Shown here piece after piece: positions 52,700 to 64,000 of a stretch of 64,000 nt of DNA. Position numbers and translations under genes: made by a program. Origin of the DNA: Pristiophorus japonicus (taxonomy: Eukaryota). Within the stretch, counting starts at the first letter, position 1, and the number at the start of each line of letters is the position of its first letter. The stretch covers positions 43,152,001-43,216,000 of the forward strand of contig NC_091994.1 in NCBI RefSeq assembly GCF_044704955.1, given 5' to 3'. The notes below the pieces were generated by a model that was not told the origin of the DNA, did no database searches, and saw only the letters and a list, made by a program, of their open reading frames with translations.

Positions 52700-53000
52700 G
52701 AGAGTTGGTATGAGCACTGTATTCTCGCCTCTGAGTCCAAAGGTCATGAGTTCAATCCTACCCCAGCAACTTGAACACAGAGTCTAGACTGACTCTCCAG
52801 TGCAGTACTGAAGGAATGCCGCCTTATGGATGAGATGTTAAACCGAGGCATCGTCTGCTCTCTCCAGTAGTGGTAATAGATCCCATGGCACTATTGGATG
52901 AAAATGCAGGGGAGTTCTCCCCAATGTCCTGGCCAATATTTATTGCTCAACCAACATCACAAAATCAGATTATTTGGTCATTAGCACATTGCTTTTTGGT
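52700..53000 (+). mobile_element. tRNA-derived Deu-domain SINE (SacSINE1-like)
   Basis: A B-box-like GAGTTCAATCC is followed by GGATGAGATGTTAAACCGAGGC...GATCCCATGGCACTATT...GTCCTGGCCAATATTTAT. Confidence 0.7.
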
Positions 53001-53710
53001 GAAAATGTGAGTGGTTTTGACCAGGTGATTCTAGAAAACTTTCTAGTGAGTCAGTGACTAGAGGGCATAAATTTAAGATCGTCTCCAATAGAACAAAGGC
53101 AGAGGCAAGGATAATTAATATTTATTTGTTTGTTTATTTATTTAATTATTATTTCTACGCAGTGAATTGTTAGGACATGAAATGCTCTGCCAGAACCAGT
53201 GGTGGAAGCAAAGTACGTAATAATTTTAAAAGGATAGCATTTTCAGAGAGTCAGCACAGGTGAATTGTAAAATTCAATAAAAGGCTATAGACTTGTGGTT
53301 CTAAGAAGCGTTCCATTGTACCTATATTGTGTTCCATGCAAACGAAACAACTGTACCCTAACATAGCAAGTCGTAAAGCTTCATTAAGTCATTTTTATTG
53401 CTTTTTCTTATGCATGTTATATAATACAATGGAAAGACATCAAAAGTAAAAGATTTTGACATGCAAACATTCAAAGTGCAAGAGGCCATTTCCCAACGGT
53501 GACTGGCAACACAGTAAATACATCATGTCATCACTTCACTCAAGAATCCGAATGAAATGTAATATTCATGAGGTGCAGTCACCAGGCGTTCACACTCAGC
53601 TACAGAAAAGATTTAGCCCACAGCCCCAGTCAAGCAATGCATTCTAGGCAGTTAAATGTTGGAGTTCTCCAGAATCTGGTTCTCCAGAGTGTTGGTCTTG
53701 TCTTTTGAAT

Positions 53711-56700
53711 TCACGCGACTATTGGGTAGTGGCAAAGGTGGGTAATGCCACACATGTTCTTGCCCATAATCATCTTCATGAAACCATCATTACCCCAGCT
53801 TTTTCCCCAGCTACAGAAAAAAAACCCAAGAATATTTGTCAATACCCAAAATAGGTCCTGTCACATCGAAAGTAAAGATGTGAAGAGTCATGCATGATTG
53901 CTTTGTTATAAAATTGAGACCTGCATATCCGAAAAGTGGTGGAATTCAAATCCCTCCCCATGGACTTGAGCCACCTCTACACCTGTCTCCACTCCATGTC
54001 CTACTTCACACTCTCGGCTCATCTGCCTCTCACCTCCTTCGCATCACAGCCTCCAATCTATTAAGTGACACTATCAGCTCTCTTGTCTGACCTTTGGGAA
54101 TCTGTTCCATAACCTCACTGTTTTGATTTTCCCTTTCCCACTTTCAGTACTTCTTTCTTCAACCACACTTTCAGTCACCTTCTCTAACCCTTCCACGCCA
54201 GCTTGGCATCCAATTTCCCTGAAGCATTTGGGAGTATTTTCTATATTAAAGGCTCCATGTAAGTGCAAGTTTCCTCTTTCCAAATGGAAACAAGCCCAAC
54301 TTCCTTCACTTTTCGTGGTGACAGAAGAACATAAGAACAGAAGAAATAGGAGCAGGAGTAGGCCATTTGGCCCCTCGAGCCTGCTCCGCCATTCAATAAG
54401 ATCATGACTGATCTGATCATGGACTCAGTTCCACTTCCCTGCCCACTCCCCATAACCCTTTACTCCCTTATCGTTCAAAAATCTGTCTATCTCCGCCTTA
54501 AATATATTCAATGACCCAGCCTCCACAGCTCTCTGGAGGAGAGAATTCCATAGATTTACAAACCTCTGAGAGAAGAAATTCTTCCTCATCTCAGCTTTAA
54601 ATGGGCAGCCCCTTATTCTGAGATTATGTCCTCTAGTTTTAGTTTCCCCTATGAGTGGAAACATCCTCTCTGCATCCACCTTGTCAAGACCGCTCATTAT
54701 CTTATATGTTTCAATAAGATCACCTCTCATTCTTCTGAATTCCAATGTGTATAGGACCAACCTACTCAACCTATCTTCATAAGTCAACCCCCTCATCTCC
54801 GGAATCAGCCTAGTGAACCTTCTCTGAACAGCCTCCAATGCAAGTATATCCTTCCTTAAATACGGAGCCTAAAACTGTACGTAGTACTCTAGTGTGGCCT
54901 CACCAATACCCTGTACAGTTGTAGCAGGACTTCTTTGCTTTTATACTTTAATCCCCCTTGCAATAAAGGCCAACATTCCATTTGCCTTCCTGATTACTTG
55001 CTGTACCTGCATAATAACTTTTATTATTTCATGCACAAGGACCCCCAGGTCTCTCTGTACTGCAGCACTTTGCAATTTTTCTCCATTTAAATTATAATTT
55101 GCTTTTCTATTTTTTCTGCCAAAGTGGATAACCTCACATTTTGCCACATTGTACTCCATCTGCCAAATTTTTTCCCACTCACTTAGCCTGTCTATATCCT
55201 TTTGTAGATTTTTTGTGTCCTCCTCACAATTTGCTTTCCCACCCATCTTTGTATCATCAGAAAACTTGGCAACATTATACTCGGTCCCTTCATCCAAGTC
55301 ATTAATATAAATTGTAAATAGTTGAGGCCCCAGCACTGATCCCTATGGCACCCCACTAGTTACTGTTTACCAATGACCCATTTTTCCCGACTCTCTGTTT
55401 TCTGTTAGTTAGCCATGCTAATATATTACCCCCAACCCCTTTTATCTTGTGCAGTAACCTTTTATGTGGCACCTTATCGAATGCCTTCTGAAAATCCAAA
55501 TACACCACATCCACTGGTTCCACCCTGCTCGTTACATCCTCAAAGACTCCAGCAAATTTGTCAAACATGATTTCCCTTTCATAAAACCATGCTGGCTCTG
55601 CTTGATTGAATTATGCTTTTCCAAATGTCCTGCTACTGCTTCCTTAATAACGCATTCCAGCATTTTCCCCACGACAGGTGTTAGGCTAACCGGTCTATAG
55701 TTTCCTGCTTTTTGTCTGCCTCCTTTTTTAAATAGGGGCGTTACATTTGCGGTTTTCCAATCCAGATGGGTGCCTTTCACCAGTTCAATTGCTAAAATCT
55801 TAGGTGTTCCCACTTGTTTGACTATTCTGCTGCAGTCTGTATCACTTACCTGTTTTTAATGATCCAATATTTTTCTGTAGCCTTATTCACATATCCCACT
55901 AATGTCGCAACATGGTTAGGTTTCTGGTTGCAATAAGGATCATCAAAGATATCTGTAAAGGATCTCAGTGTGAGGGCATCATTTCAAGCCCAAATTTCAG
56001 AGTTTAAAGGGATGATTAAGAAAAATCAGACAAGTAACATTGTTAACTAACATACATTTTACGCTGAAGTGCTTCTAAAAGGTGCGTTCATTCAATTTTA
56101 AATTCATCCAATTGTAAAATTATTTTTTCAAATTTAGAACTTAACTTTCCATTTAAAAAAAAAAATCACATTTACATAGTAACAATATTTAATCTTTTTC
56201 CATACCTGGTTGTGTCTGATGGGACAGTGTAGGGGGAGTTTTACTCTGCTTCTTGCAAATGCATTGACTAATGTGCTAACAGTGTGGTTACCTTTATCAC
56301 AATTTATATCAAATGATTTGCTCCGTCCGAGTGGAGACTGATAAACGGATCTCAGTGCAGTAGATTGCAAGATACGATCTGAACTGCAGAGAATAAAGAG
56401 CAGAGTAGAAATGACTTTACCTGTGCCTGTAAACTGCAAGAACGCTTCTGACATGAAAACAGAGACGGAAATTGGTCCATGTTTTGCCACTATCTTCATT
56501 ATTTCTGCCTCGGTCGTCCGTTTAAGTTCTCCGTAACCAATGAGCGAGCCAACAGAGTCTGCCAAAGTGAATGAGCAATCGCCCTTCTGCAGATTGGAGG
56601 GGAAGAGAAGCGTTTAAAAAAAATCAAATTAGCAGGATAATAATCTTACCTGTAAAGGACCTCAGTGTGAAGACATCATTTCAAGACCATTTATTCAATG

Positions 56701-59700
56701 AGGAGCTGAGCCATGCAGCCCAGGGATGCCCCAAACACGCTCCTTGATCTGCCATCAAGGTAGGAGCAGCAGTAGGAACACTACAGTTGGCCTCAGCACC
56801 TCTGGTTTAGGGCGGGGAGCAATAAGTCCAGGTTCCCACTCCTGATCACTATTGAGCGTGGCTATGAAGATCTCCAAAATCAAAGGGCCTACCCACACTC
56901 AGAGTCAAGGCTTTAAACATGGTGAATGGTCACTTGAGCAAGTAAGGACTTTCCATTGAGGCTTACTGAGGTAGTATTCCTGCCTCTGAGTGAGAAGGTG
57001 CAGGATTTGAACCCCACTTGGTGAGACAATCCCAGTGTGTGGAGATCAGAGCTCCGGCTCTGGATTCTGGGATGATATCCAGTGGGATGTTTGCATCTGG
57101 TGAGTGTGGGTGGCACACCGCCTTCCCCTCCACCCCACCCCGGTTATTGCATGGGTTGTGGGAGCCTGTAAAACCCTCTCGCCATATAGCACTAACCACC
57201 CTATCGGCTGGTATAAAGATGGTTACGGTCATAGAAGGATTGATCATGTCGAGGACTATCAGACTGTTAACCAGCCTGTGAATCGTTCCACTATTCGCCA
57301 AGGGAAGAGTACCAAGAAATAGAAACTGCCACAATCACTGAGTGGGTATTAATGAAATATGATTATAATTCAGAATTGATCACTGAGGGAGCGGTTCTGT
57401 TGGGGAAGGACATGGGAAATTCACTGTACCGATACACTATATTAACTAAGATATATCCCTACTGCTTATTTCAGAATGTAATTTATTTGGCACTATACAT
57501 GAGGATATTCAGCTCCTGTAAACACGGTTTGTTATAGTTAAATGAAGGCTGTGTCTTAAACCAGAATATCTTTCAGAACTGACAACGGATAGTCACGACC
57601 CACCATGTGAAATGGGAACAGTCAGACAGTAAGTATACCTTTGCCGTGTAGGGGTACATGCTGCTAGCTTCAATGCCATTGTCCCGTATATATTTATATG
57701 CGTGGTGCACCCACCCTGCATTGCACCCTTTATTTTTATAGCTGTGAGCACAGTCCACAAGGTTTTGCTCGCTGAGTGTGATGAGATTATTCGTGTTATT
57801 GAACAGTTGTCCTTCCAATGTCGCAGCTGCAGTAAACGCCCAGCAGGAGGCGCAGTGACCCTGATAACAAAGCAGATACATTGAAAATACCAACATATCA
57901 AAACTCTTTCTCTGGAATCTTAAGAAAGAAAGACTTGCATTTATATAGTGCCTTTCATAACCACAGGGCGCCCCAAAGGGCTTTGCAGCCAATTAAGTAC
58001 TTTTAAAGTGTAGTCACTGTTGTAATGTAGGAAAGGTGGCAGCCATTTTGCACACAGCAAGCTCCCACAAACAGCAATATGATAATGACTAGACAATCTG
58101 TTTTTCGTGATGTTGACTGAGAGATAAATATTGGCCAGGGTACCGGATATAACTCCCCTGCTCTTCTTTGAAGTAGTGTCATGGGATCTTTTACATCCAC
58201 CTGAGAAGGCAGATGGGGCCTCGGTTTAACATCTCATCTGAAAGTCAGAACCTTTATCTCTTTAACTGAAAACAAATAGTTTGAAAATATAGAATATTGA
58301 TTACCTATATGTGAATTTAATTATTCATATATCTGAATGACAAGAACCAATCCAGTAGACACATTCATTGCACACAGTCTGTTCCTCAAAATACTTAATT
58401 CTGGCCTACTCCCCTTACCTAGATATCTATACTATATTAACAGTCTTGCACATAGTGTGTACTTCTTGTTTCTCTTAACAATGGAAATCACATCCAACGG
58501 GATTGTGCCAGCAGCCTAACACTGACTATTTTTGATGGGTTTTTCAATCAGTTATAGGTGTAAGACGTTAAACTGACATATTGAAGTTGTGAATGAAATT
58601 GAGAAAAGTGATGGTCACCTGGTTCTTTACGTCGCTAACATAACCATTGACACGCCAATCCTTCTCATCTGGAATAGAAGTCAGCTCCTCCAGACCAGCA
58701 TCTGACAGAATCTGGTCCACATATTTGGGCATTTCATTTGAAATCTCCTTACTCAACAATTGCCCGAGCTCCTGGAATATCTGAGGGGAAAGTGATGCAC
58801 AATCAACAATGTATATTTCTATAAAGTTAAAACAAACCTCTTCAGAGAACCAACATCCATTCTATTAAACTGGTCTCATTATTCAGAGGAATTAGTTGCT
58901 CAGATTAAACTAGTTGAGGTTCACAATTTGAGCCCATGAACACACCAATGACCTGCACTGTCCCAGGAGCCACACACTGGGTACTTAGCCAGTCAAGAAT
59001 TAATATCTATTATGTCCAGTCATAAACATCCAATTCTCTCTCTCACCTGCTCTGCAAATTCATCGCCGGCCAGTTTAAATGTACATTTTCATTCTTTGTC
59101 CTGGGCAGCAATTAATCTCTTGTTTTCCACTCATATTTATATAAATAGAATGTATTCTACAGATTAAAATTGAGACCAATTTGCACATTTTGGGGAGGTG
59201 GAGATGCACATGGGCTCTTTTGCCCCTTAAAATTGGAAAGGACATTTTAAAATGTTGCTGATATAGAGGCCGAAATTGATGAAGGCCGAGGCCCGCCCAA
59301 GTGCTGCCCAAGGGACTGCTGATGGCCGCCGAGAAACCAGGCGATACTTTGCCAGGAAGATTCCGCCCGGCAGCCAAACAACGGCTTACTCCATCAATCT
59401 GGGCGGCAGTGGGCGGGAGCTCTCAATCTCGGCGGCAAAGGCTCTTGCCGCCCAAGTGTCACCGAGGATGGAGTCGGGCCCAGGGAGGGTGGAAGACCTG
59501 CAAATAAAAATCATAGGAAACAAAAAAAAAACACTGGAACACCTTCAGGTAAGTCTCTGTAAAAAAAACATTTTAAATATTTTCACTAACCTCTTTTTCC
59601 CTTATTTGTACCTATCGTCGGGGTTAGAACAGCCTCCACACAACGGTCCTTCCCCCTGCTGGCGCCGACTCCCACCGACTCCCACCGACTCCCACCGACT

Positions 59701-60479
59701 CCCCCGCCCACACCAATCTGGCATCTCAGCGGGCGGGAGGCCACTTGCACTACTTGGCAGCCAGAGGATGTCAGCGGGCGGTTCCCTGCAGTACTCCCCT
59801 CCCGCCCGCTCCAGCCCAAGTGGAAACTGGGAGAGAGAGGAAACCGGAGGCAAAACTCGGCGGCAGTTGGCGGCAGCAGGTGGCAGTGGGCGGTAAGGCC
59901 ACCAATATCGGGCCCTTAGAATCTTACAGCACAGAAGGAGGCCATTCAGCCCATCGTGCCTGTGCCAGCTCTTTGAAAGAGCTATCCAATTAGTCCCAAC
60001 CCCCTACTCTTGCCCCATGGTCCTGCAAATTTTCCTTTTCAAGTATATATCCAATTCCATTTTGAAATTTACAATTAATTCTGCTTCCACCACCTTTTCA
60101 GGTTGTGTATTCCAGATTACAAGAAGTCGCTGTGCAAAAGAAATTCTCCTAAGTTACCACTGATTCTGTTTCAGAGAACATTCTAAATTTAGAGACGCAC
60201 CATGACGCAGCATAGGTACAGGCTCTGCTCAACATTACTCCATGACTGGAGCAGATCTAAAACACACTTAGGTATCAAGCTCTGGAACCGCTGTCATGTG
60301 GAGCAGAATGAGAAATTTCCTTCTGTACGTTTCTTTTCTGGAGCTGGATTTCTTACCATACGAGAGTGGCCCTTCCCATAAGTTTTCTGCCAGGTTTCCT
60401 GATCACCCTGTCTTGTCGGGTCAGCCGAGGCCAGGGAGACAACTGTCATGATGCACGTCACAAAGAGAGAAAGCTCCAT
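53711..60479 (-). CDS. Gene C: divergent cathepsin L/K/S-like protease with intact catalytic exons and a destroyed propeptide exon 2 (291 aa if exon 2 is skipped, otherwise a pseudogene)
   Basis: Open GT-AG exons are 60479-60357, 58780-58619, 57860-57639, 56586-56421, 55952-55850 and 53810-53711. Motifs are [30 protein letters not shown] and YWIIKNSWG. AATAAA lies at 53399-53394. Confidence 0.78.
54327..55765 (-). mobile_element. CR1 LINE in the last intron of gene C
   Basis: RT ORF fragments 55532-55813, 55356-55568, 54941-55336 and 54425-54838, with a tail at 54327-54345. Confidence 0.92.
57921..58245 (-). mobile_element. Deu-domain SINE (SacSINE1-like) in intron 3 of gene C
   Basis: Contains GGGGCCTCGGTTTAACATCTCATC and CATGGGATCTTTTACATCCAC, with an AAAGAAAGACTTGCATTTATATAG tail. 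Confidence 0.75.
59047..59157 (-). pseudogene. Degenerate exon 2 (I29 propeptide core) of gene C
   Basis: Translates ...[28 protein letters not shown] then GTGAGA, aligning with [16 protein letters not shown]...[11 protein letters not shown] then GTGAG of genes A/B. It has three in-frame stops and is shortened. Confidence 0.8.
59266..59915 (-). mobile_element. GC-rich MITE-like DNA transposon, same family as 43057-43696
   Basis: The reverse complement begins GGGCCCGATATTGGTGGCCTTACCGCCCACTGCC versus GGGGCCAAAATTGATGACCTTACCGCCCACTGCC. The two share an internal GAGATGCCAGATTGGTG...GGGAGTCGG block. Confidence 0.78.
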
Positions 60480-61556
60480 GGTGAAGTGTCTAACGGATCA
60501 AACTTGAAAAGCTGTGGGCAGTAAAATAAGATGACTATGGAGAGATGATACAAGTCCATAATCTCACATTTTCCTACCCTCGTTATTCAGATACTCTGTT
60601 AACAAACCCATATTCTTTAAAAACCTAAACTCCAACAGATGGTGTCACCATGTCACTGCTTCCTCTGTCTTTCAGATTCTTTTCCAGTACGTGATTGCAG
60701 CCATTCTGCAGGCTCTACACATTGTTACATGACAGTTCCCACTGGGCAGGATCCCAATCCCTGCTGTCCCATCGAGGAGGAGCTGTACAGCAGTGGGCTG
60801 CTTCTCTGCTTAGGGACAGGGGAGAATGGCAGTGTGAGTGGACACAGCCGTCCTTGTACATCTCCTAATGGCAGTCACAGAGTAAAAAGACGACCTGCCG
60901 CTCAGCAGGGAAATAATATAATAACAGGGAAAAGAACAAGGAAATTACCGTAAAACAAATTATGGGCCTGAAATAGCAGCGACAATAAAAACTAGTAGGC
61001 CCGAGGTTGAATTTTCAACCTATGCTGAGCTAGCTGATCATAGTTGGGCTGCAAATAATTGCAAAGGAAAAGATAATTAAGACATAAATTAAAATAAAAA
61101 TCAAAAGTGATGTAAAATGGGCTTTTCCTTAATATGCAATCGTTGTAATAACTCCGAAAGGCTTCCCAACAAATGAAAGCAAAGGGCAGGGAGAGGCCAG
61201 TTGGTCCATTGAGTCTGTCCCATACTGTCGTGGTGTAACTCAAGCACACCATGGCCCCACCACCAGCCACGCAGTCTCCGAGGAGAGGCAGAAGAACAAA
61301 GGAAAAAAATAATTAGGAAAGATTCTGAGAAATTCCTCTCTAACCACTGAGGTTCCAGGAGAACATGGTGACTGGGTTGCACATCCTCCAACACCCACCT
61401 ATCTTCTGTGCGTAGTTATGTTGGCCAAACGCAGGACCTCGACCAGCTGCCTTTTGACTGCTTACAGTGAGGAATCCGCATTCACCACATGCAATTTGTT
61501 CCATAGATCAACAACTCTCTGTGAATAAAATTACCTCCCTGACATCTAACCTAGTA

Positions 61557-61874
61557 CAGGTTGAACCTCCCTTATCCAGAACTCCCCCCTTATCTGGCAC
61601 CACCCCTCGTCCGGCACCATTCCCGGCCACTGGGTGGCGCATGCACAGAACTCCGACATGAACAAATTGAAGTCCTTCCTCGCTGTCGCCTCCTGCAATC
61701 TGCTGGCCTAACCCCGCGATCTAACCCCCCCGATCTCTCTGCCACACTCCTAGCCCCAAGCCAGCCACCACCAATATCCCCTTGCTCAGTACCGTGACCT
61801 CCCCTCGTCCGGCAAAATCCCTTAACCAGCACAGGGCAGGTCCCGAAGGTGCCGGATAAGAGAGGTTCAAGCTG
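61557..61874. mobile_element. Tc1/mariner-superfamily (pogo/Tigger-like) MITE
   Basis: TIRs CAGGTTGAACCTCCCTTATCC and GGATAAGAGAGGTTCAAGCTG, flanked by TA on both sides. Confidence 0.82.
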
Positions 61875-62454
61875 TACTGTGCTTACCTAACTCATACCCA
61901 TGTCCCCTGATCCTCCCTAGCCCATCTAACTCCAATAACGTAGCCACATCGACTGACTCTAATCCTTTCATTGTTTTAAAGAGTATTCGAAATCTGGAAC
62001 GATTGTTTTGCTGTTACATTTTCAGGGACTGCAGAGTTCGCTGGCCGTGTGAAACCTGAGGGCGGTCTCAGAATGCTGTAGACCTGTCTGTAACTTCAGA
62101 TCTGAGTTATTCAGAGCTCAGTTCCCAAATCAGTACTATACTGCCCACAGAAATCAGAAGCAAACTACGACTCCCACTGAATTTGCACTGACAACACTGT
62201 CAATATTGTTGTTTTCAGTCCGACTTTACCATACCACAGTGTGATACAAGCCCTTACTGAGTTCATTTCAAGTTTCTTTGTCCGTTACTTAAATGGAAGC
62301 ATTCCCATATATGGGTTAACATTGCCATTAAAAGTTGTTACTGATGTGCTCGCATTTGAGAGAAGTAATTTTAGATGATTATTTCTATGTTAATATCAGA
62401 CCACACAACAGGCTTCTGCTTGGTTCCAATGAAGAAAAACAACATCGAACTCAC

Positions 62455-62543
62455 CTTGTGAAGATCTTGCTTGCACGACCAACCAAGTCACTTGAGACTG
62501 AGTTGTTCTGTGTTGGAGCTGCTGTTTGGAGTTGAGTTATATA
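62455..62543 (-). promoter_or_regulatory. TATA box and non-coding first exon of gene C
   Basis: TATATAA at 62543-62537 and an AAG then GTGAGT donor at 62454-62449. The acceptor GCCCACAG ends at 60512. The layout is the same as in genes A and B. Confidence 0.62.
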
Positions 62544-62855
62544 CCTGTGGGAGATACAAAAAAAATCTTCCTAATTATGCCCTAAATTGTGTCAATTGCA
62601 GGATAGGATTTTAAGCCCCACCATTATCTTCTTCTGTATCCACCCATTGATCTAATTGGTTGTACTTATGGGCTGTGCCATCAAGCGACACCAGTGACCC
62701 CAAATCACACAAAAGTGCCTCAATTTGTGTAGTTAACCTGTTCCTTAAAGAGAATGGGATGATGTGTAATGATACTTTAATGTTACAGTAGTCGATTGCC
62801 GTTCTCTGTGCGGAACTCTTCTGTGGCGAGCTGGTTATGTGTTTTTGAGGTGGTC

Positions 62856-63027
62856 ATCATCATCATAGGCAGTCCCTCGAAACGAGGATGACTGGCTTCC
62901 ACGCCAAAAAAGGATGAGTTTGCAGATATTTCAATGAAGGACCTAATATTCCAGGTCCTGAACTACATCCCGAAGGGTGGAAGATGTCTGTGGATTTTTT
63001 TAACGTGTGGTGGCCGTTGCACACCAG
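62856..63027 (-). mobile_element. Short retroposon with an RTE-type 3' tail
   Basis: CATCATCATAGGCAGTCCCTCG...GCTTCCAC is the reverse complement of the RTE tail at 27288-27336. The rest of the body differs. Confidence 0.6.
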
Positions 63028-63174
63028 ACATGGTGCAGCATTGAAGTCACACTCATGGGACGCATCCACCTTCTGCTACTTTCAATGTGGGACATTTCCT
63101 GCCAAGTAGGGTGGCGAAAACCCCCAATTTCTTTTATCTCCTGTCATTCCGTTTATTTGGAACAGATGCTCGAT

Positions 63175-63730
63175 AGATTGTATTGTGTACAGTATTGTTC
63201 TCCTTACCTAAGGAAGGATATACTTGCCATAGAGGGAGTGCAATAAAGGTTCACTAGCTTGATTCCTGGGATGCGGGGATTGTTCTATGAGGAGAGACTG
63301 AGTAGACTAGGCCTATATTCTCTAGAGTTTAGAAGAACGAGAGGTGATCTTATTGAAACATGCAAAATTTTTACAGGGCTTGACAGGGTAGATGCTGGTT
63401 TCCTCTGGCTGGGGAGTCTAGAACCAGGGGTCACAGTCTCAGAATAAGGGGTCGGCCATTTAGGACTGAGATGAGGAAAAGTTTCTTCACTCAGAGGGTG
63501 GTGAATCTTTGGAATTCTCTACCCCAGAGGGCTGTGGAAGCTTAGTCGTTGAGTATACTCAAGGCAGAGATCCATAGATTTTTGGATATTAATGGAATCA
63601 AGAGATATGGGGACAGTGCAGGAAAGTGCAGTTCAGGTAGAAGATCAGCCATCATCTTATTGAATGGAGGAGCAGGCTCGAGGGACCGAATGGCCTACTC
63701 CTGCTCCAATTTGTTATGTTCTTATGTTCT
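63175..63730 (+). mobile_element. CR1 LINE 3' fragment
   Basis: [21 protein letters not shown] and RLGLYSLEFRR.RGDLIET, with a TTATGTTCTTATGTT tail. Confidence 0.88.
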
Positions 63731-64000
63731 TAACTCATTGAATGCATAATCTATAGTCAGGCTCCGGAATCAACCTCAACATGATGGAATGGTGATGACA
63801 TTTTAACTCTGCACGTCAATAGGCTGTAATTTAGGTTGCTTTTACTTATTAAGTGTTAATTTTCTACAAGCTTCTCAGGTGATGATTGCAAAACCAGTCT
63901 TAAGATTGGTGGTTTCCCCAACACCATCTTTTCTATCAATGGCTTCATATCAATGGCGTTCTGCTTCCTGTGATCTGGAAGCTATACCTGTTCAAGATCT

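Noticed and set aside
59089-59133. In-frame TGA codons in gene C exon 2 as possible selenocysteine or readthrough
   Set aside because: A TAA also lies in frame, the exon length from the nearest AG is not a multiple of three, one TGA is simply a mutated Trp codon, and no SECIS element was recognised.

Overview
Eukaryotic genomic DNA, most likely from a cartilaginous fish (inferred from the shark-type CR1 LINEs, Deu-domain SINEs and GC-rich MITEs). The window holds a cluster of three intron-containing papain-family (C1A, cathepsin L/K/S-type) cysteine protease genes embedded in dense transposon debris. Genes A (minus, CDS 3482-11999) and B (plus, CDS 39580-47958) are the two arms of a roughly 11-13 kb head-to-head inverted duplication. 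They encode near-identical 339-aa preproenzymes with unusual active-site motifs ([21 protein letters not shown]). Gene C (minus, CDS 53711-60479) is an older paralog with an intact TATA box, signal peptide and catalytic exons. Its propeptide (ERFNIN/GNFD) exon is destroyed, so it may encode an inhibitor-domain-less cathepsin by in-frame exon skipping. Gene A carries two odd intronic insertions absent from B: a permuted U2 snRNA retro-chimera and a circularly permuted copy of its own catalytic exon. The 22 kb spacer between A and B is a nest of CR1, RTE, Gypsy and Harbinger-type elements. All alignments were done by eye and no database search was run.
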